Source: Tubiluchus corallicola (Eukaryota > Animalia > Priapulida). From it: a stretch of 64,000 nt of DNA. The stretch covers positions 11,059 to 75,058 of the forward strand of contig JAQGDQ010002407.1 in assembly GCA_030141605.1 (NCBI GenBank), written 5' to 3'. Positions 1 through 10,594 of the stretch are shown here, one piece after another (position 1 is the stretch's first letter; each line of letters begins with the position of its first letter). The notes beneath the pieces were generated by a model. It was not told the DNA's origin. It was given only the letters and a program-made list of their open reading frames with translations, and did not search any database. A program made the translations under genes and the position numbers.

Positions 1-1311
1 GACTACCTGACAATGAAACACTCCTCAGTCCCCAAGGAGGGCCTTGTTTATGAAACCTATAAACGATTTTTCAGCATTTGGAGTAGTTTTAGTACAATAG
101 GGGAAGCGCTCAGGGATCTTTACAAGTACTCTAAGTATTATACCCGGATCGCACTGTTAAAGGAAAAGAATTTAGATATATTGAAAAAACTAAAAGAGAT
201 TGCCAAGCTGAGAATATACTCCTCATACCCATTCCTCCTTGCTGTCTACAATGACTATGAGGAAGGGAAAATTACAAAAAATGAGTTTATCGAAATTATT
301 GATATGCTCTCCAGCTACCTGTTTAGAAGGGTCATATGCGGCATTTCCTCCAACAGCCTGGGAAAAACTTTCACCACGCTTTATAAACGATCCGGGGGAG
401 GGGTACTCCCGGAATCTCTCAAAGCGCTGTTTCTGATAATGGAGGGCTACGAAAGGTTCCCTTCTGATGCGGAGTTTATCAGGGAACTGCAAATAAAAGA
501 TGTTTACAATTTCAGGTTGAGGAATTATCTGTTAGAATCGCTTGAAAATCAAAATAGTAAAGAGTCAATAAGCGTAGAGAACTACACTATAGAGCATATC
601 CTGCCACAAAATCCGAATATCTCTCCCCGATGGCAACAAGAGCTTGGAGAAAGCCTGGAAATAGTAAAGGAGAGATATCTTCATACTCTGGGGAACCTTT
701 CGCTTACAAACTACAGTTCCGAGTTCTCAGTTAGCTCGTTCGAAGAGAAAAAAACAGTAGAGGGAGGATTCAATGCCAGCCCGCTATATCTTAATCAAAC
801 AGTAAAAGATGTTCAGGTGTGGAATGAGAAAGCAATCCTGTTGAGAGCCGCCAAACTGAGCAAATCGGCTTGCAGCATATGGAAAAGGCCATACCTTCCA
901 CATGACAGATTTAATCTCTATAAGAAGCGGGGAAAGGCAAAAAAAGCAGTAGTTTATAGTCCCGGCCATTATGAACATCTGCGGGGGGAGATGCTTGACC
1001 TTTATAAAAGCCTTTCAAAAAGGGTTTTGAACCTCGATGCAGCAGTCAAGATGGAGCTTAAAAAACTATATATCACATTTAAGATCCAAACCAGCTTTGT
1101 AGATGTGATCCCCAAAAGAGAGCGGCTAAGTCTTGCTTTGCATATAGATTTTGATAAGGTAAAGGATCCTAAGGGCATCTGCAGGGATATATCGGAAGCA
1201 GGCAATTGGGGCAACGGCAGTGTTGAGGTGGAACTAGAAGAGCCTGCCGGGCTGGACTATATAATGGAGCTGATTGAGCAGGCACTTGATGAGCAGGTGG
1301 AGACAGTGTAG
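1..1311 (+). CDS. 3' part of DUF262/DUF1524 (GmrSD-like) protein, cut by window edge
   Basis: Open from base 1 (DYLTMKH...) and identical to the C-terminal part of 59400..61478. Contains EHILPQ and LGNLSL HNH-type motifs. Confidence 0.85.
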   Translation, partial: DYLTMKHSSVPKEGLVYETYKRFFSIWSSFSTIGEALRDLYKYSKYYTRIALLKEKNLDILKKLKEIAKLRIYSSYPFLLAVYNDYEEGKITKNEFIEIIDMLSSYLFRRVICGISSNSLGKTFTTLYKRSGGGVLPESLKALFLIMEGYERFPSDAEFIRELQIKDVYNFRLRNYLLESLENQNSKESISVENYTIEHILPQNPNISPRWQQELGESLEIVKERYLHTLGNLSLTNYSSEFSVSSFEEKKTVEGGFNASPLYLNQTVKDVQVWNEKAILLRAAKLSKSACSIWKRPYLPHDRFNLYKKRGKAKKAVVYSPGHYEHLRGEMLDLYKSLSKRVLNLDAAVKMELKKLYITFKIQTSFVDVIPKRERLSLALHIDFDKVKDPKGICRDISEAGNWGNGSVEVELEEPAGLDYIMELIEQALDEQVETV

Positions 1312-1493
1312 CCCCAAGTAAAGCATTTGTACTACCGGTTCTGTATAAAGCTTATCACCTGTTTGAAACACCTGACAACATCCACTTCAAAAATAAAACT
1401 GCCCAAAATTCGTATTTCATTGCTCAAATTTTGTACCTTGCGCCACATTTTGAAAAAGTTAACGGTAGCAAAGCTGCCTTAAACTAATAGATT

Positions 1494-1632
1494 GAAGCCT
1501 TTGCAAGGTGAAAGATTTTGGTTCTGGCTGAGAAGCAATTCGGTGAGAATCGCAGTTTACTAATGTTAAGTAAAGACTTTTGAAGAGAGTTTTGGGAAGT
1601 ATTAGTAAAAGATGAGTTTTTGCAAAGGCTCC
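1494..1632 (+). mobile_element. Degenerate MITE-like intergenic element, upstream of helicase
   Basis: Ends gaagcctttgca...tgcaaaggctcc. Internal agtttactaatgt and attagtaaaagatgagtttttgcaaag are shared with other copies. Confidence 0.7.
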
Positions 1633-1705
1633 AAAACACAACCCACTACAGCAATACGCCTGCTCACTACAATACAGAAGGGGAAAGCTGTGTAAAAACA
1701 ATGAT

Positions 1706-3385
1706 ATGATGAGATTTGATGATATGGGGCTTTATCCCGATATATTAAAAGCCATCCAGGAGATGGGATTTGAACAGCCGTCGGCTATTCAAGAAAAAGT
1801 GATTCCCCGACTTTTGGAAGAGCCTGCCGACTTGGTGGGGCTAGCACAAACAGGGACAGGAAAAACGGCAGCATTTGGACTGCCTGTACTGCAATCTATT
1901 GACCCCCATAAGAAGGAGGTGCAAGCACTTATCCTCAGCCCGACACGCGAGCTGTGTGTCCAGATTGCAAAAGAGATAAAAAACTTTTCAAAGCATCTTC
2001 CAAAAATAGTCATTACACCTGTCTACGGGGGTGCCGATATTGGGAAGCAGCTCAAAGCGCTGGAGAAAGGTACCCATATAATTACGGCTACTCCCGGACG
2101 CATGCACGACATTTTGAGAAGAAAAAAGATTGATCTCTCCGGGATCTCAACACTGGTTCTTGATGAAGCCGATGAAATGCTGAACATGGGGTTTAAGGAG
2201 GATGTTGATGCTATACTTGCTACCACTCCTGAAAGCAAAAATACACTCCTCTTTTCGGCAACAATGCCCAAAGGGGTGTCAGAGATAGCAAAGAGCTACA
2301 TGAGCAATCCCATTGAGATCACAGTTGGGAAAAAGAACCACGGAGCAGAAAATGTTAACCACTACTACCATATGGTGCAGGCAAAAGACAGATATGCTGC
2401 ATTAAAACGTGTGATGGACTTTACTCCCGATATTTATGGTATAGTGTTTTGCCGTACCAGGATGGATACAAAGAGTATTGCTGCCCAGCTTATAAAAGAT
2501 GGCTACAGTGCGGAAGCGTTGCATGGAGACCTTATGCAGCAGCAGCGCGATTATGTGATGGGGAAGTTCCGAGCCAGGGGAGTTAAAATACTTGTTGCTA
2601 CTGATGTTGCGGCAAGGGGGATTGATGTAAACGACCTTACTCACGTTATCAATTATAACTTGCCGGAGGATAATGAGAATTATACCCATCGTACCGGTCG
2701 TACCGGAAGGGCTGGAAAGTCAGGAGTGTCGATATCTATTATTCACATGAGGGAGAAGGGAAAAATCAGCCAGATTGAAAGGGCACTGGGCAAAAAGATT
2801 GAGAGGCTACCCGTTCCAGGGGGGAAAGAGATATGTAAGAAGCAGCTCCTACACCTTATCGACAGACTACAAAAAGTTGAAGTAAATAGGGAGCAGATAG
2901 CTCCATTTATGCAGGTGGTGTTTGACAAGCTGGAAAAGTTGTCCCGAGAGGAGTTGATAACACATTTTGTCTCATTGGAGTTTAACCGCTTTCTGCATTA
3001 CTATCAGGATGCACCTGACCTGAATGCTGTTGATACTAGTGGCCGGAAAGCAAGGGGCAGCGACAGGGCAAAAGGCAGTGATGCAAATATGACATCTTTA
3101 AGGCTAAACATTGGAATGGCAAAGGGGATTAAGCCCAAAGATATAATATCACTTGTAGTGCAGGCTACAGGTAACAAGAGCGTTGATGTAGGGCGCATTG
3201 AGCTTAGGGGGAGGCACTCTATCGTAAGTATTGAATCCGGACAGGCAGATGCGTTCCGGAAGAACTGTAAGAATTTTACATTTAACGGCATCCCTATCGC
3301 CGCAGATATAATCACTAAGGCAAATAAGTTTAAAAGGAAGCCGGGGCAGCAAAGAAAAGGTGGCAGAAACAGGAGAGCAAGGTAG
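1706..3385 (+). CDS. DEAD-box RNA helicase with C-terminal DbpA-type RNA-binding domain
   Basis: AQTGTGKT, PTREL, TPGR, DEAD, SAT and HRTGRTGRAG motifs; basic tail. Confidence 0.95.
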   Translation: MMRFDDMGLYPDILKAIQEMGFEQPSAIQEKVIPRLLEEPADLVGLAQTGTGKTAAFGLPVLQSIDPHKKEVQALILSPTRELCVQIAKEIKNFSKHLPKIVITPVYGGADIGKQLKALEKGTHIITATPGRMHDILRRKKIDLSGISTLVLDEADEMLNMGFKEDVDAILATTPESKNTLLFSATMPKGVSEIAKSYMSNPIEITVGKKNHGAENVNHYYHMVQAKDRYAALKRVMDFTPDIYGIVFCRTRMDTKSIAAQLIKDGYSAEALHGDLMQQQRDYVMGKFRARGVKILVATDVAARGIDVNDLTHVINYNLPEDNENYTHRTGRTGRAGKSGVSISIIHMREKGKISQIERALGKKIERLPVPGGKEICKKQLLHLIDRLQKVEVNREQIAPFMQVVFDKLEKLSREELITHFVSLEFNRFLHYYQDAPDLNAVDTSGRKARGSDRAKGSDANMTSLRLNIGMAKGIKPKDIISLVVQATGNKSVDVGRIELRGRHSIVSIESGQADAFRKNCKNFTFNGIPIAADIITKANKFKRKPGQQRKGGRNRRAR

Positions 3386-3429
3386 TAAGGAGCTCGTTTT
3401 GTTACAAATGGTTTTTTTACAATGTCTAC

Positions 3430-3475
3430 CAAAAAAAGCTTTCCCCTTTCTCAAAAAAAAGCTTTCCCCCTTTCT
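3430..3475. repeat. Short tandem duplication (~22-24 bp) overlapping the LysM gene stop codon
   Basis: caaaaaaagctttcccctttct followed by caaaaaaaagctttccccctttct; mirror near 57236-57281. Confidence 0.8.
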
Positions 3476-5808
3476 TTGTACGGTGCCTGATGCTTAATAA
3501 AAGGCTGATTCCCCATTTCTCCCTTCAGCTCTACTTCAAAGTCTTTTGAGTACTCCATTATTAAGAGCGAGTAGTTCATATATCCTCCGTATTCGGACAT
3601 CTTCTGGAAGTTATAGTCCGCCTGAAGCATATCGAAGCTGTAAAATGGTAAGCAGTCGATAAAATCCTTCCCCGACCTGCCTATAGCATTAAGGAAATAC
3701 CATACAACATCGTAGCCCTGAAAGCTGAATGGGGTTGGCTCCGTATAAAACTCCCTTCTGTAGTCTCTGATAAACCTGTTTACATTTCTTTTAGTGTAGT
3801 CAATCCGGTATGGTGTGAGGTAGTTCATTTTAAGGTTATGGAGATGTTCTGTATCGATACTTTCAAACCTGCTAAATTCCAAAAATCCTATCAGGGTTAT
3901 ACTAAATTTCTTAGAGGCAGTATTTATATTATTTATAGCTTTACTCACTTCGGCTTCATTGCTTATAGGAAGTATAACTATATTTTCTTTGCGCGGACTC
4001 ATCAGTCGCTCCAGTGCGTAATACCCTTCTTCATCAAAGTTGAACTCATGAAAAAGTATTTCGTTTGTATTGTTGTAGTACCCCGTTGTAAATAGCTTCT
4101 CACGTATCCTATCAACAACCATTTTCTCATCAAGGTGCTGGGTGTTGTCAAACCCCATTACAATAATGTTTTGGTTGAAAAAATCTTCTACTATGTAATC
4201 ACTTGTCGCCTTCAGCTTGTACTCCTTCCACGGATTAACTTGAAAGTAGTAGGGGTTCTTTTTTGCTAAAGAACTATTTTCCGACAACGGGGATACCATA
4301 GGTATATGCTTTTTGGCAGCAATCTCAGATACCGGTTTCTGGCATTTAATATATACCGGACCTATGATAAGGTCAAGTTCAAGAACTTCAGGTTTTTTCA
4401 CCAACTGTTCAACGACTTTGGGATCACTCTCTGTATCATATACAAATAGTTCAACACTCATACCCCTATTTTGCAAGTCATAGATTGCCAAAAGTGCCCC
4501 TTCATAAAAGTGAAGGAAGTTTACTGTCCGTGGGTGTATGGTTTTGTAAGCTTTTATATTTTCCCGGACAGCTGTCTCTTCGCTCGTATTTCCACTTATT
4601 GAGTCATTATTGTTCAGGCATAAAGGCAGGAACAGTCCCACTTTCACCAGGTTGCCCATAAACTGCCGAGAGCTGAGACATTGGGGGGGAACACTCTTCA
4701 GTTTTTCTCCTGTGCTGCTCTCCACTTTTTCAATATACTCTGACCTGGATGAGAAGTATCCATTTCTTGGGAGCAATAGTTTTTCTCCTGCAATAAGCCC
4801 TCTGCCCTTTAACCCAGGGTTTAGCTCTTTGATCTGGCTTATTTTTAGACCATACAGCAGAGAAAGGCTATATAGTGTTTCTCCTTTTGTAACTACATGG
4901 TATGAAAACCTGTTTTTATCTATCGGGATAATGTGATTAACAGCTATCTGCTTTTTGGGAATGTTTATAATTAGTCCTGCTTTCAACCCGTCATTCAACT
5001 GAGGGTTTAGTTCTGTTAACTCCTTTTGCTCCACCCCATATCTTCTTTTTAGTCCAAAATAGGTGTCTCCTGAAACGACACGATATGAAAAGTATTTTGC
5101 ACTATTCGGCAACTCCTGCATGTCTACTCCTGGGGATTTTTCTTCGAGAGCCTCTTTTACACTCTCCTTTTCTGTTGTCTCTTTGGGTATTTTTATCACT
5201 GTCCCGGTAGATAGCACCATTTCAATTCCCGGGTTGGCCTGAGATAGTAGGCTTATGCTGCAGTTATATTTTTTCGATATTGAGTACAGTGTTTCTCCTT
5301 TAGCCACAGTGTGGAGAGTAAAGTTGTCTTTGCCTGCCTGTCGGGCAGGTGGAATTTTCAGAACAACACCCTGTTTAATTTTTTTTCTGGAGCTCGGGTT
5401 AAGCCTGTAAATATCTTCTGTGTCAACATCGTATATTTTGGAAATGGAATATACCGTCTCTCTCCTTTTTACCTTGTGGGTTCTCAGGGGGGGCTCTTGC
5501 TGCTGATCATGGACTGAGGGCTCCTGCTGCTGTTCTGCTACCGGGATTTTTAATATTTGCTCCGTGTTCAGGCTGTTTTGCTTAAGGTGATTTGCCTCTT
5601 TTACACTATTTATATCTACTTTATACGCTTTTGATATTGAGTAGAGTGTCTCCCCTTTTTTGACTGTATGAAGCAGGTAGTCCTTCCCCCGAATAACAAC
5701 AATTTCAGATGATACTTTCACCTGTGCTAAAGCTATTACAGGCAGGAGCATGCAAAGCAGGAAAGTAGATAAGAAAAGGCTTCTGTTTATTTTAATGCCT
5801 GAGATCAT
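3451..5808 (-). CDS. Secreted protein with 5 LysM domains and C-terminal periplasmic-binding-protein-like domain (785 aa allele)
   Basis: Signal peptide; five H/YxVxxG(E/D)TxYxI/L LysM starts; C-terminal FYEG..LA, LDLIIGP and GYDV motifs typical of Bacteroidota LysM-PBP1 proteins. Confidence 0.85.
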   Translation of the reverse strand: MISGIKINRSLFLSTFLLCMLLPVIALAQVKVSSEIVVIRGKDYLLHTVKKGETLYSISKAYKVDINSVKEANHLKQNSLNTEQILKIPVAEQQQEPSVHDQQQEPPLRTHKVKRRETVYSISKIYDVDTEDIYRLNPSSRKKIKQGVVLKIPPARQAGKDNFTLHTVAKGETLYSISKKYNCSISLLSQANPGIEMVLSTGTVIKIPKETTEKESVKEALEEKSPGVDMQELPNSAKYFSYRVVSGDTYFGLKRRYGVEQKELTELNPQLNDGLKAGLIINIPKKQIAVNHIIPIDKNRFSYHVVTKGETLYSLSLLYGLKISQIKELNPGLKGRGLIAGEKLLLPRNGYFSSRSEYIEKVESSTGEKLKSVPPQCLSSRQFMGNLVKVGLFLPLCLNNNDSISGNTSEETAVRENIKAYKTIHPRTVNFLHFYEGALLAIYDLQNRGMSVELFVYDTESDPKVVEQLVKKPEVLELDLIIGPVYIKCQKPVSEIAAKKHIPMVSPLSENSSLAKKNPYYFQVNPWKEYKLKATSDYIVEDFFNQNIIVMGFDNTQHLDEKMVVDRIREKLFTTGYYNNTNEILFHEFNFDEEGYYALERLMSPRKENIVILPISNEAEVSKAINNINTASKKFSITLIGFLEFSRFESIDTEHLHNLKMNYLTPYRIDYTKRNVNRFIRDYRREFYTEPTPFSFQGYDVVWYFLNAIGRSGKDFIDCLPFYSFDMLQADYNFQKMSEYGGYMNYSLLIMEYSKDFEVELKGEMGNQPFIKHQAPYKERGKAFF

Positions 5809-5835
5809 ATAGTGTGTATCCGGTTTTCTAACATT

Positions 5836-6843
5836 TCATTCCTGGCTACTACCCGGAAATTTATCACTGCCAAAATGGCGCATATACTGTACGCGCTCAT
5901 AGTCAGATGGGTTCGCGCTATTTTCAAGGCTAAGTTTTCCCCTGAAGCTTTTAATATCTGAGTAGTGATGATTTTTCATCCATAAAGCAAGCTGTTGAAT
6001 CATTTTTGAGATTACAGGAATCCCGTGAATGTACATTGCTGAGACTACCTGGACAGCAGTTGCTCCCGCCAGCAGCATTTTTACTACTGTCTCCCAATTG
6101 TGTATACCTGTCGAGCTGATAAGGTCGCAATTGATTCGGTTAGACATCATACCAACCCACCTTAGAGGGAGTATGTACTCATCAGGGTGGCTAAAAGGGT
6201 TTGAAGTTATTAGCGACTCCTTTTTGATGTCTATGTCCGGAGAGTAAAACCTGTTAAACAGCACCAATCCTTTTGCCTCAGTAAAAGATATTTCTTTAAT
6301 CATTTTTCCCAGGCTTGATAAGTGTGGGCTTATTTTTACAGAGACGGGTATTTTAGCATTCAATGCAACTCCCGATATTATATCGAAATAGGTTTTTTCA
6401 TTTTCTTCTCCAGATTGTGATATGTTAGAGGGAAGAATGAATATATTTAGTTCAATGGCATCGGCTCCCGCCTCCTCTATTTTTTGTGCAAAAAATGGCC
6501 ACTCCTGGGAACTGAGGCAGTTAATGCTTGCAATTATTGGAATATTGATCTCTTTTTTGGCATTTTTAATAAGGGTAAGGTATCTGGCGAGATTGTTTTC
6601 ACGTATTTTGTAGTCGTAGTAATCGAGAAATTCAAGATTATTACTCATAGGGCCGAGTTTACTGAACTCTTCAGCATATTCGGCATATATCTCCTCTTCA
6701 AATATCGATTTTAAGACAATAGCTCCTGCTCCTGCCTTTTCAATTTTCCTGAGATTATCTATTGAGTTTGTAAGGCCACAGCTTCCCGCAATAAGTGGAT
6801 TACGCATCTCAATTCCAAGATATGATACTGACAGGTTTGACAT
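5836..6843 (-). CDS. Dihydroorotate dehydrogenase-like flavoprotein
   Basis: YLGIEMRNPLIAGS, GAIVLKSIFEE, ADAIELN, VLFNRFY, LLAGATAVQ. ATG start (MSNLSV) preferred over the upstream TTG. Confidence 0.85.
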   Translation of the reverse strand: MSNLSVSYLGIEMRNPLIAGSCGLTNSIDNLRKIEKAGAGAIVLKSIFEEEIYAEYAEEFSKLGPMSNNLEFLDYYDYKIRENNLARYLTLIKNAKKEINIPIIASINCLSSQEWPFFAQKIEEAGADAIELNIFILPSNISQSGEENEKTYFDIISGVALNAKIPVSVKISPHLSSLGKMIKEISFTEAKGLVLFNRFYSPDIDIKKESLITSNPFSHPDEYILPLRWVGMMSNRINCDLISSTGIHNWETVVKMLLAGATAVQVVSAMYIHGIPVISKMIQQLALWMKNHHYSDIKSFRGKLSLENSANPSDYERVQYMRHFGSDKFPGSSQE

Positions 6844-6865
6844 ATTCAAGTATGTTTTGTTCAAA

Positions 6866-8347
6866 CTATTTTTTTTCTTTCAGATAATTATGCATGTTTT
6901 CAGCTGCTTTTCTTCCATCTCCCATAGCAAGTATTACAGTTGCTCCGCCTCTTACAATATCGCCTCCTGCAAACATATCTTTTTCGGATGATTGCATTTT
7001 ATTTTCATCAACGACTATTGTTCCCCAGCTGGATGTTTTTAAAGATGGAAGGCATTCTGGCACTAACGGATTTGGAGATACGCCGACAGCGATAATAACA
7101 ATGTCTGCTTCAAATTCAAATTCAGACCCCTCTACCGCAATAGGGCGTCTTCTGCCAGAGTCATCCGGTTTGCCAAGCTCCATACGTATAAGCTCTATCC
7201 CTTTTACCCTTCCGTTTTCATCAGCTTTATATTTAACGGGATTACATAGTGTATAAAATTCTATCCCCTCCTCTTTAGCATGTTTTATTTCTTCTATACG
7301 GGCAGGCATCTCCCGCTCTGAGCGCCTGTATATTATTGCAGCTCTTTTGGCTCCAAGCCTTTTTGCAGTACGCACTGAGTCAATTGCGGTATTTCCGCCT
7401 CCTATTATAGCTACATTTTTCCCATACAATACAGGAGTATCGTTTGTGTCATCATCAGCTCCCATAAGGTTTACGCGCGTAAGGTATTCGTTGGCAGATA
7501 GTACGCCATTGCTATTTTCGCCTGGGATGTTCATAAAGCGTGGGAGCCCTGCCCCACTGCCTATAAAAAAAGCTTTAAATCCTTCCTCCCGGAGTTTGTC
7601 AAATGACGCTGTCCTCCCAACAATAAAGTTTGTTTCAAATTTAACGCCCATTTTTTTCAGAATGTCCAGCTCAGTATCCACAATTGTGTTGGGCAGCCTG
7701 AATTCGGGGATCCCGTATTTTAAGACCCCTCCTATTTCGTGAAGCGCCTCAAATACTGTTACGTCAAAGCCCCGTTTTATCATTTCGCCTGCAAATGAGA
7801 GGGATGCCGGGCCCGAACCCACTGCTGCCACTTTTACACCGTTTCTTGGAACCGCTTCAGGGACAGCCATCTTCCCGGATTCGCGCTCATAGTCAGCTGC
7901 AAATCTCTCCAGGTATCCAATTGCAACCGGCTCTTTGTCTAGTTTTGTAAAATAAAAGCATTCAGCTTCACATTGTTTCTCTTGGGGACACACCCTCCCA
8001 CAGACAGCGGGTAAGGCATTGGTCTCTTTCAGTGTGGCAATTGCTTCCCCAAATTCTTGCCTTTCAATGTTCTTAATAAATTTTGGAATATTTATGCCCA
8101 CAGGGCATCCCCCGATGCATGTGGGATTTGCACAATCCAAGCACCTGACAGCTTCTTTTACCGCTTGTTCTACAGACAGCCCTGTATTCACCTCTTTATT
8201 TTGTGACTTAGCCCTTGTCATAGGCTCAAGCTCGGGCATTAGCACTCTGTCGATGAGTGTGCGTTCTTTATTTTTGATGCTTTTCCGCAATTCAGCGCGC
8301 CATTCTGCATCTCTCTCTTTTTTCAGATATTCAGGGGTTACTAGCAT
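6866..8347 (-). CDS. nfnB: NfnB/SudA-type NADPH-dependent oxidoreductase (GltD-like large subunit)
   Basis: RCLDC..C..GCP and CGRVCPQEKQCE Fe-S motifs; GSGPA and GGGNTA nucleotide-binding motifs; adjacent to NfnA-like gene. Confidence 0.85.
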   Translation of the reverse strand: MLVTPEYLKKERDAEWRAELRKSIKNKERTLIDRVLMPELEPMTRAKSQNKEVNTGLSVEQAVKEAVRCLDCANPTCIGGCPVGINIPKFIKNIERQEFGEAIATLKETNALPAVCGRVCPQEKQCEAECFYFTKLDKEPVAIGYLERFAADYERESGKMAVPEAVPRNGVKVAAVGSGPASLSFAGEMIKRGFDVTVFEALHEIGGVLKYGIPEFRLPNTIVDTELDILKKMGVKFETNFIVGRTASFDKLREEGFKAFFIGSGAGLPRFMNIPGENSNGVLSANEYLTRVNLMGADDDTNDTPVLYGKNVAIIGGGNTAIDSVRTAKRLGAKRAAIIYRRSEREMPARIEEIKHAKEEGIEFYTLCNPVKYKADENGRVKGIELIRMELGKPDDSGRRRPIAVEGSEFEFEADIVIIAVGVSPNPLVPECLPSLKTSSWGTIVVDENKMQSSEKDMFAGGDIVRGGATVILAMGDGRKAAENMHNYLKEKK

Positions 8348-8524
8348 CTATTAATATTTTATTTTAGCCCTTTGCAAAGAGTTCATTTTATTATAAAGGA
8401 GCAATTATTTATGGGTTAGTTAACCTTTTTATCAGAAAGCCAAAGTACGAAAAACAGGTAATGCCTGAAAATTAAAAAGGAAATTTCGCTTTTTGTATGT
8501 GATATATCATACTGTTTAGCCAAG

Positions 8525-9355
8525 CTATATATTAAGTTTTTTAAAGTGCCTTCTATTTGCTTTTTCCTCTTCTTTTACGTAGCCCTCCAGACGCATTAGC
8601 ATTTCATCAAAGTCAACTATGTGTGCATCAAATTCCGGCCCGTCCACGCAAGTAAATTTTGTTTCTCCTCCAACTGTAACCCTACATGCCCCGCACATTC
8701 CTGTGCCATCTACCATTATGGTATTGAGGCTTGCCTGGGTGGGTATTTTATATTTTTTTGTCAGTAAGGAAGCAAATTTCATCATAATTGCGGGGCCTAT
8801 GACAATACATTCGTCTACTTTCTCTCTTTCTATTATATTCTTCATCCCATCTGTAATCAACCCCTTTTCTCCGTATGAGCCATCGTCTGTCATAATAACA
8901 AGTTTGTCCGACCATTTACGCATCTTCTCTTCAAGAATAATCAACTCTTTATTTCTCGCTGCAATAACAGATATAACTCTGTTCCCCGCTTTTTTAAATG
9001 CTTCAACAATAGGGAGAAGTGGAGCTATACCCACTCCTCCTCCGGCGGCAAGGATAGTTCCGGTGTTCTCTATTTTAGTTGGCTTCCCAAGCGGTCCTAC
9101 CAAGTCGGTTATATGGTCCCCAGGTTCAAGGTTTGCCAGTTTCGATGAGCTCACACCAACCACCTGTGCTACCAGTGTGATTGTTCCCCTCTCTTTGTCC
9201 GCTTCCGCTATTGTTAATGGAATTCTTTCTCCCGTTTTACCCACCCTGAGTATTACAAAGTTCCCTGCTTTTCTGGCCCTTGCAATTTTCGGGTTTTCAA
9301 CAACCAGGCTGACAACTTTGTCTGAAAAAAACTCTTTTTTGACTATCTTATTCAT
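8525..9355 (-). CDS. nfnA: NfnA/SudB-type FAD/[2Fe-2S] subunit
   Basis: ERIPLTIA, GPLG, GGGVG and DGTGMCGACRV...CVDGPEF. ATG start MNKIVKK. Confidence 0.85.
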   Translation of the reverse strand: MNKIVKKEFFSDKVVSLVVENPKIARARKAGNFVILRVGKTGERIPLTIAEADKERGTITLVAQVVGVSSSKLANLEPGDHITDLVGPLGKPTKIENTGTILAAGGGVGIAPLLPIVEAFKKAGNRVISVIAARNKELIILEEKMRKWSDKLVIMTDDGSYGEKGLITDGMKNIIEREKVDECIVIGPAIMMKFASLLTKKYKIPTQASLNTIMVDGTGMCGACRVTVGGETKFTCVDGPEFDAHIVDFDEMLMRLEGYVKEEEKANRRHFKKLNI

Positions 9356-9387
9356 ATAATCGGTGATAAGTAATTTAAGTCCATACT

Positions 9388-9518
9388 GAGGCCTATGCAA
9401 AGCCTATGTTTATATTAATGTTTTCGTCAAAGTTCCTTTTAAAGCCTCCTGTATATCCTAGGTTTTCACTGAGCTTCCCTCAATCTGGAGTAAAATACTT
9501 TCACTTTGCAAAGGTCTT
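9388..9518 (-). mobile_element. MITE-like element (mirror of 51169..51299)
   Basis: Reverse complement of the right-arm copy. Confidence 0.65.
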
Positions 9519-9604
9519 ACTCTTTTCACCTGCGTGGCGGTATCAATTCAAGGAAGACTTTTTCTCTGAGCTGAAAAAAGCCCAGGTACATTATGGCACC
9601 ATGT

Positions 9605-10030
9605 TTATTTTTCTTCCTTATTATTGCCTTCCTGCTTTTTATCCTCTTCCTCAAAGTTTAAAAGCCCCTTTTCCTGAAGTATGTTATACCATGCTATCAC
9701 TTTTTTGATATCGGAGATATAAACCCTGTCTTTATCATAACCCGGCAATGCCTTTTCAAAGTACTCCCGCAGCTCCTCTATCTCCGATTTATGGTTTATG
9801 GCTTTACCTCCGCTCTCTTTTTCAAAAATGTTTTTGAACACATCATTTAGAGGCACATCTTCCTGAGTTGTAAAAATGGCGATATCTTCGAGGGCAGTCA
9901 TTTTTGAGCTGGGAAAGGCGGGAGACCGCTTCCCTGTCAGAAGAGATTCTACTATTATACTGTTTTTCCCTTCGGATATCGACTTGAAAAGCCCGGGTTG
10001 ACCGGGTATTGTCAAAATACCTTTTAGCAT
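9605..10030 (-). CDS. Conserved Bacteroidota protein (DUF5606-like)
   Basis: MLKGILTIPGQPGLFK, LEDIAIFT and DRVYISDIKKVIAWYNIL resemble this family (recognised from memory). Confidence 0.75.
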   Translation of the reverse strand: MLKGILTIPGQPGLFKSISEGKNSIIVESLLTGKRSPAFPSSKMTALEDIAIFTTQEDVPLNDVFKNIFEKESGGKAINHKSEIEELREYFEKALPGYDKDRVYISDIKKVIAWYNILQEKGLLNFEEEDKKQEGNNKEEK

Positions 10031-10245
10031 AATTATTTACCTTTTGTACAAAATATTAGGGTGGCAATATAGGTAAAAATCCCCACTTTTATACCGCATG
10101 CAGTTTTTTATATTCCAACGGAAAGTCCTTGCTCTCACGCTAATGAGTAGCAGGCTAAATTTGGGTCCATTCTGCTCCTAAAAAAGGGAGAAGCTATAGA
10201 GGAATAAGCTAGTGTTTGATTCAAAAGTTTGAGAGTATTTTTATT

Positions 10246-10371
10246 AAGCCTTTATGGGGCTAATCTCTTTATCAATATTTTCATGAAGCCCCCTCATTTA
10301 CGTCAGTAATCTGCAATTTTTCAGCGAAGTTTTTCAGTTTGATCCAAAATGTTTCGCTTTGTAAGAGCCTC
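10246..10371 (-). mobile_element. MITE-like element (mirror of 50316..50441)
   Basis: Reverse complement of the right-arm copy. Confidence 0.6.
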
Positions 10372-10594
10372 GGTATGGATTTAAAGGGAAAATTTGTTAT
10401 AATTACAGGAGAAAGCAGGGATATAGGGTTATTTGGCAATAAGCGCTGGCACTGATGTTAAAAGAGCGTTTCCCTGCTTATAGGTATATTTAAATCTGAG
10501 GCTATTCATAAGGCATAAATCAACTGGGTAATTCCACTGGTTCGTATAGCAGAGTTAAAAGTTTTGTGAGCAGCTTCCATCTTTTTTTAAAAGC

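Noticed and set aside
1459-1701. Short ORFs over intergenic elements (also 9406..9708, 27548..27736 and mirrors)
   Set aside because: They overlap the MITE-like repeats or terminators and have no protein-like features.
8619-9359. 246-aa ORF antisense to nfnA and many other 60-190 aa antisense or overlapping ORFs
   Set aside because: They are shadows of well-supported genes on the opposite strand, with no recognisable motifs.
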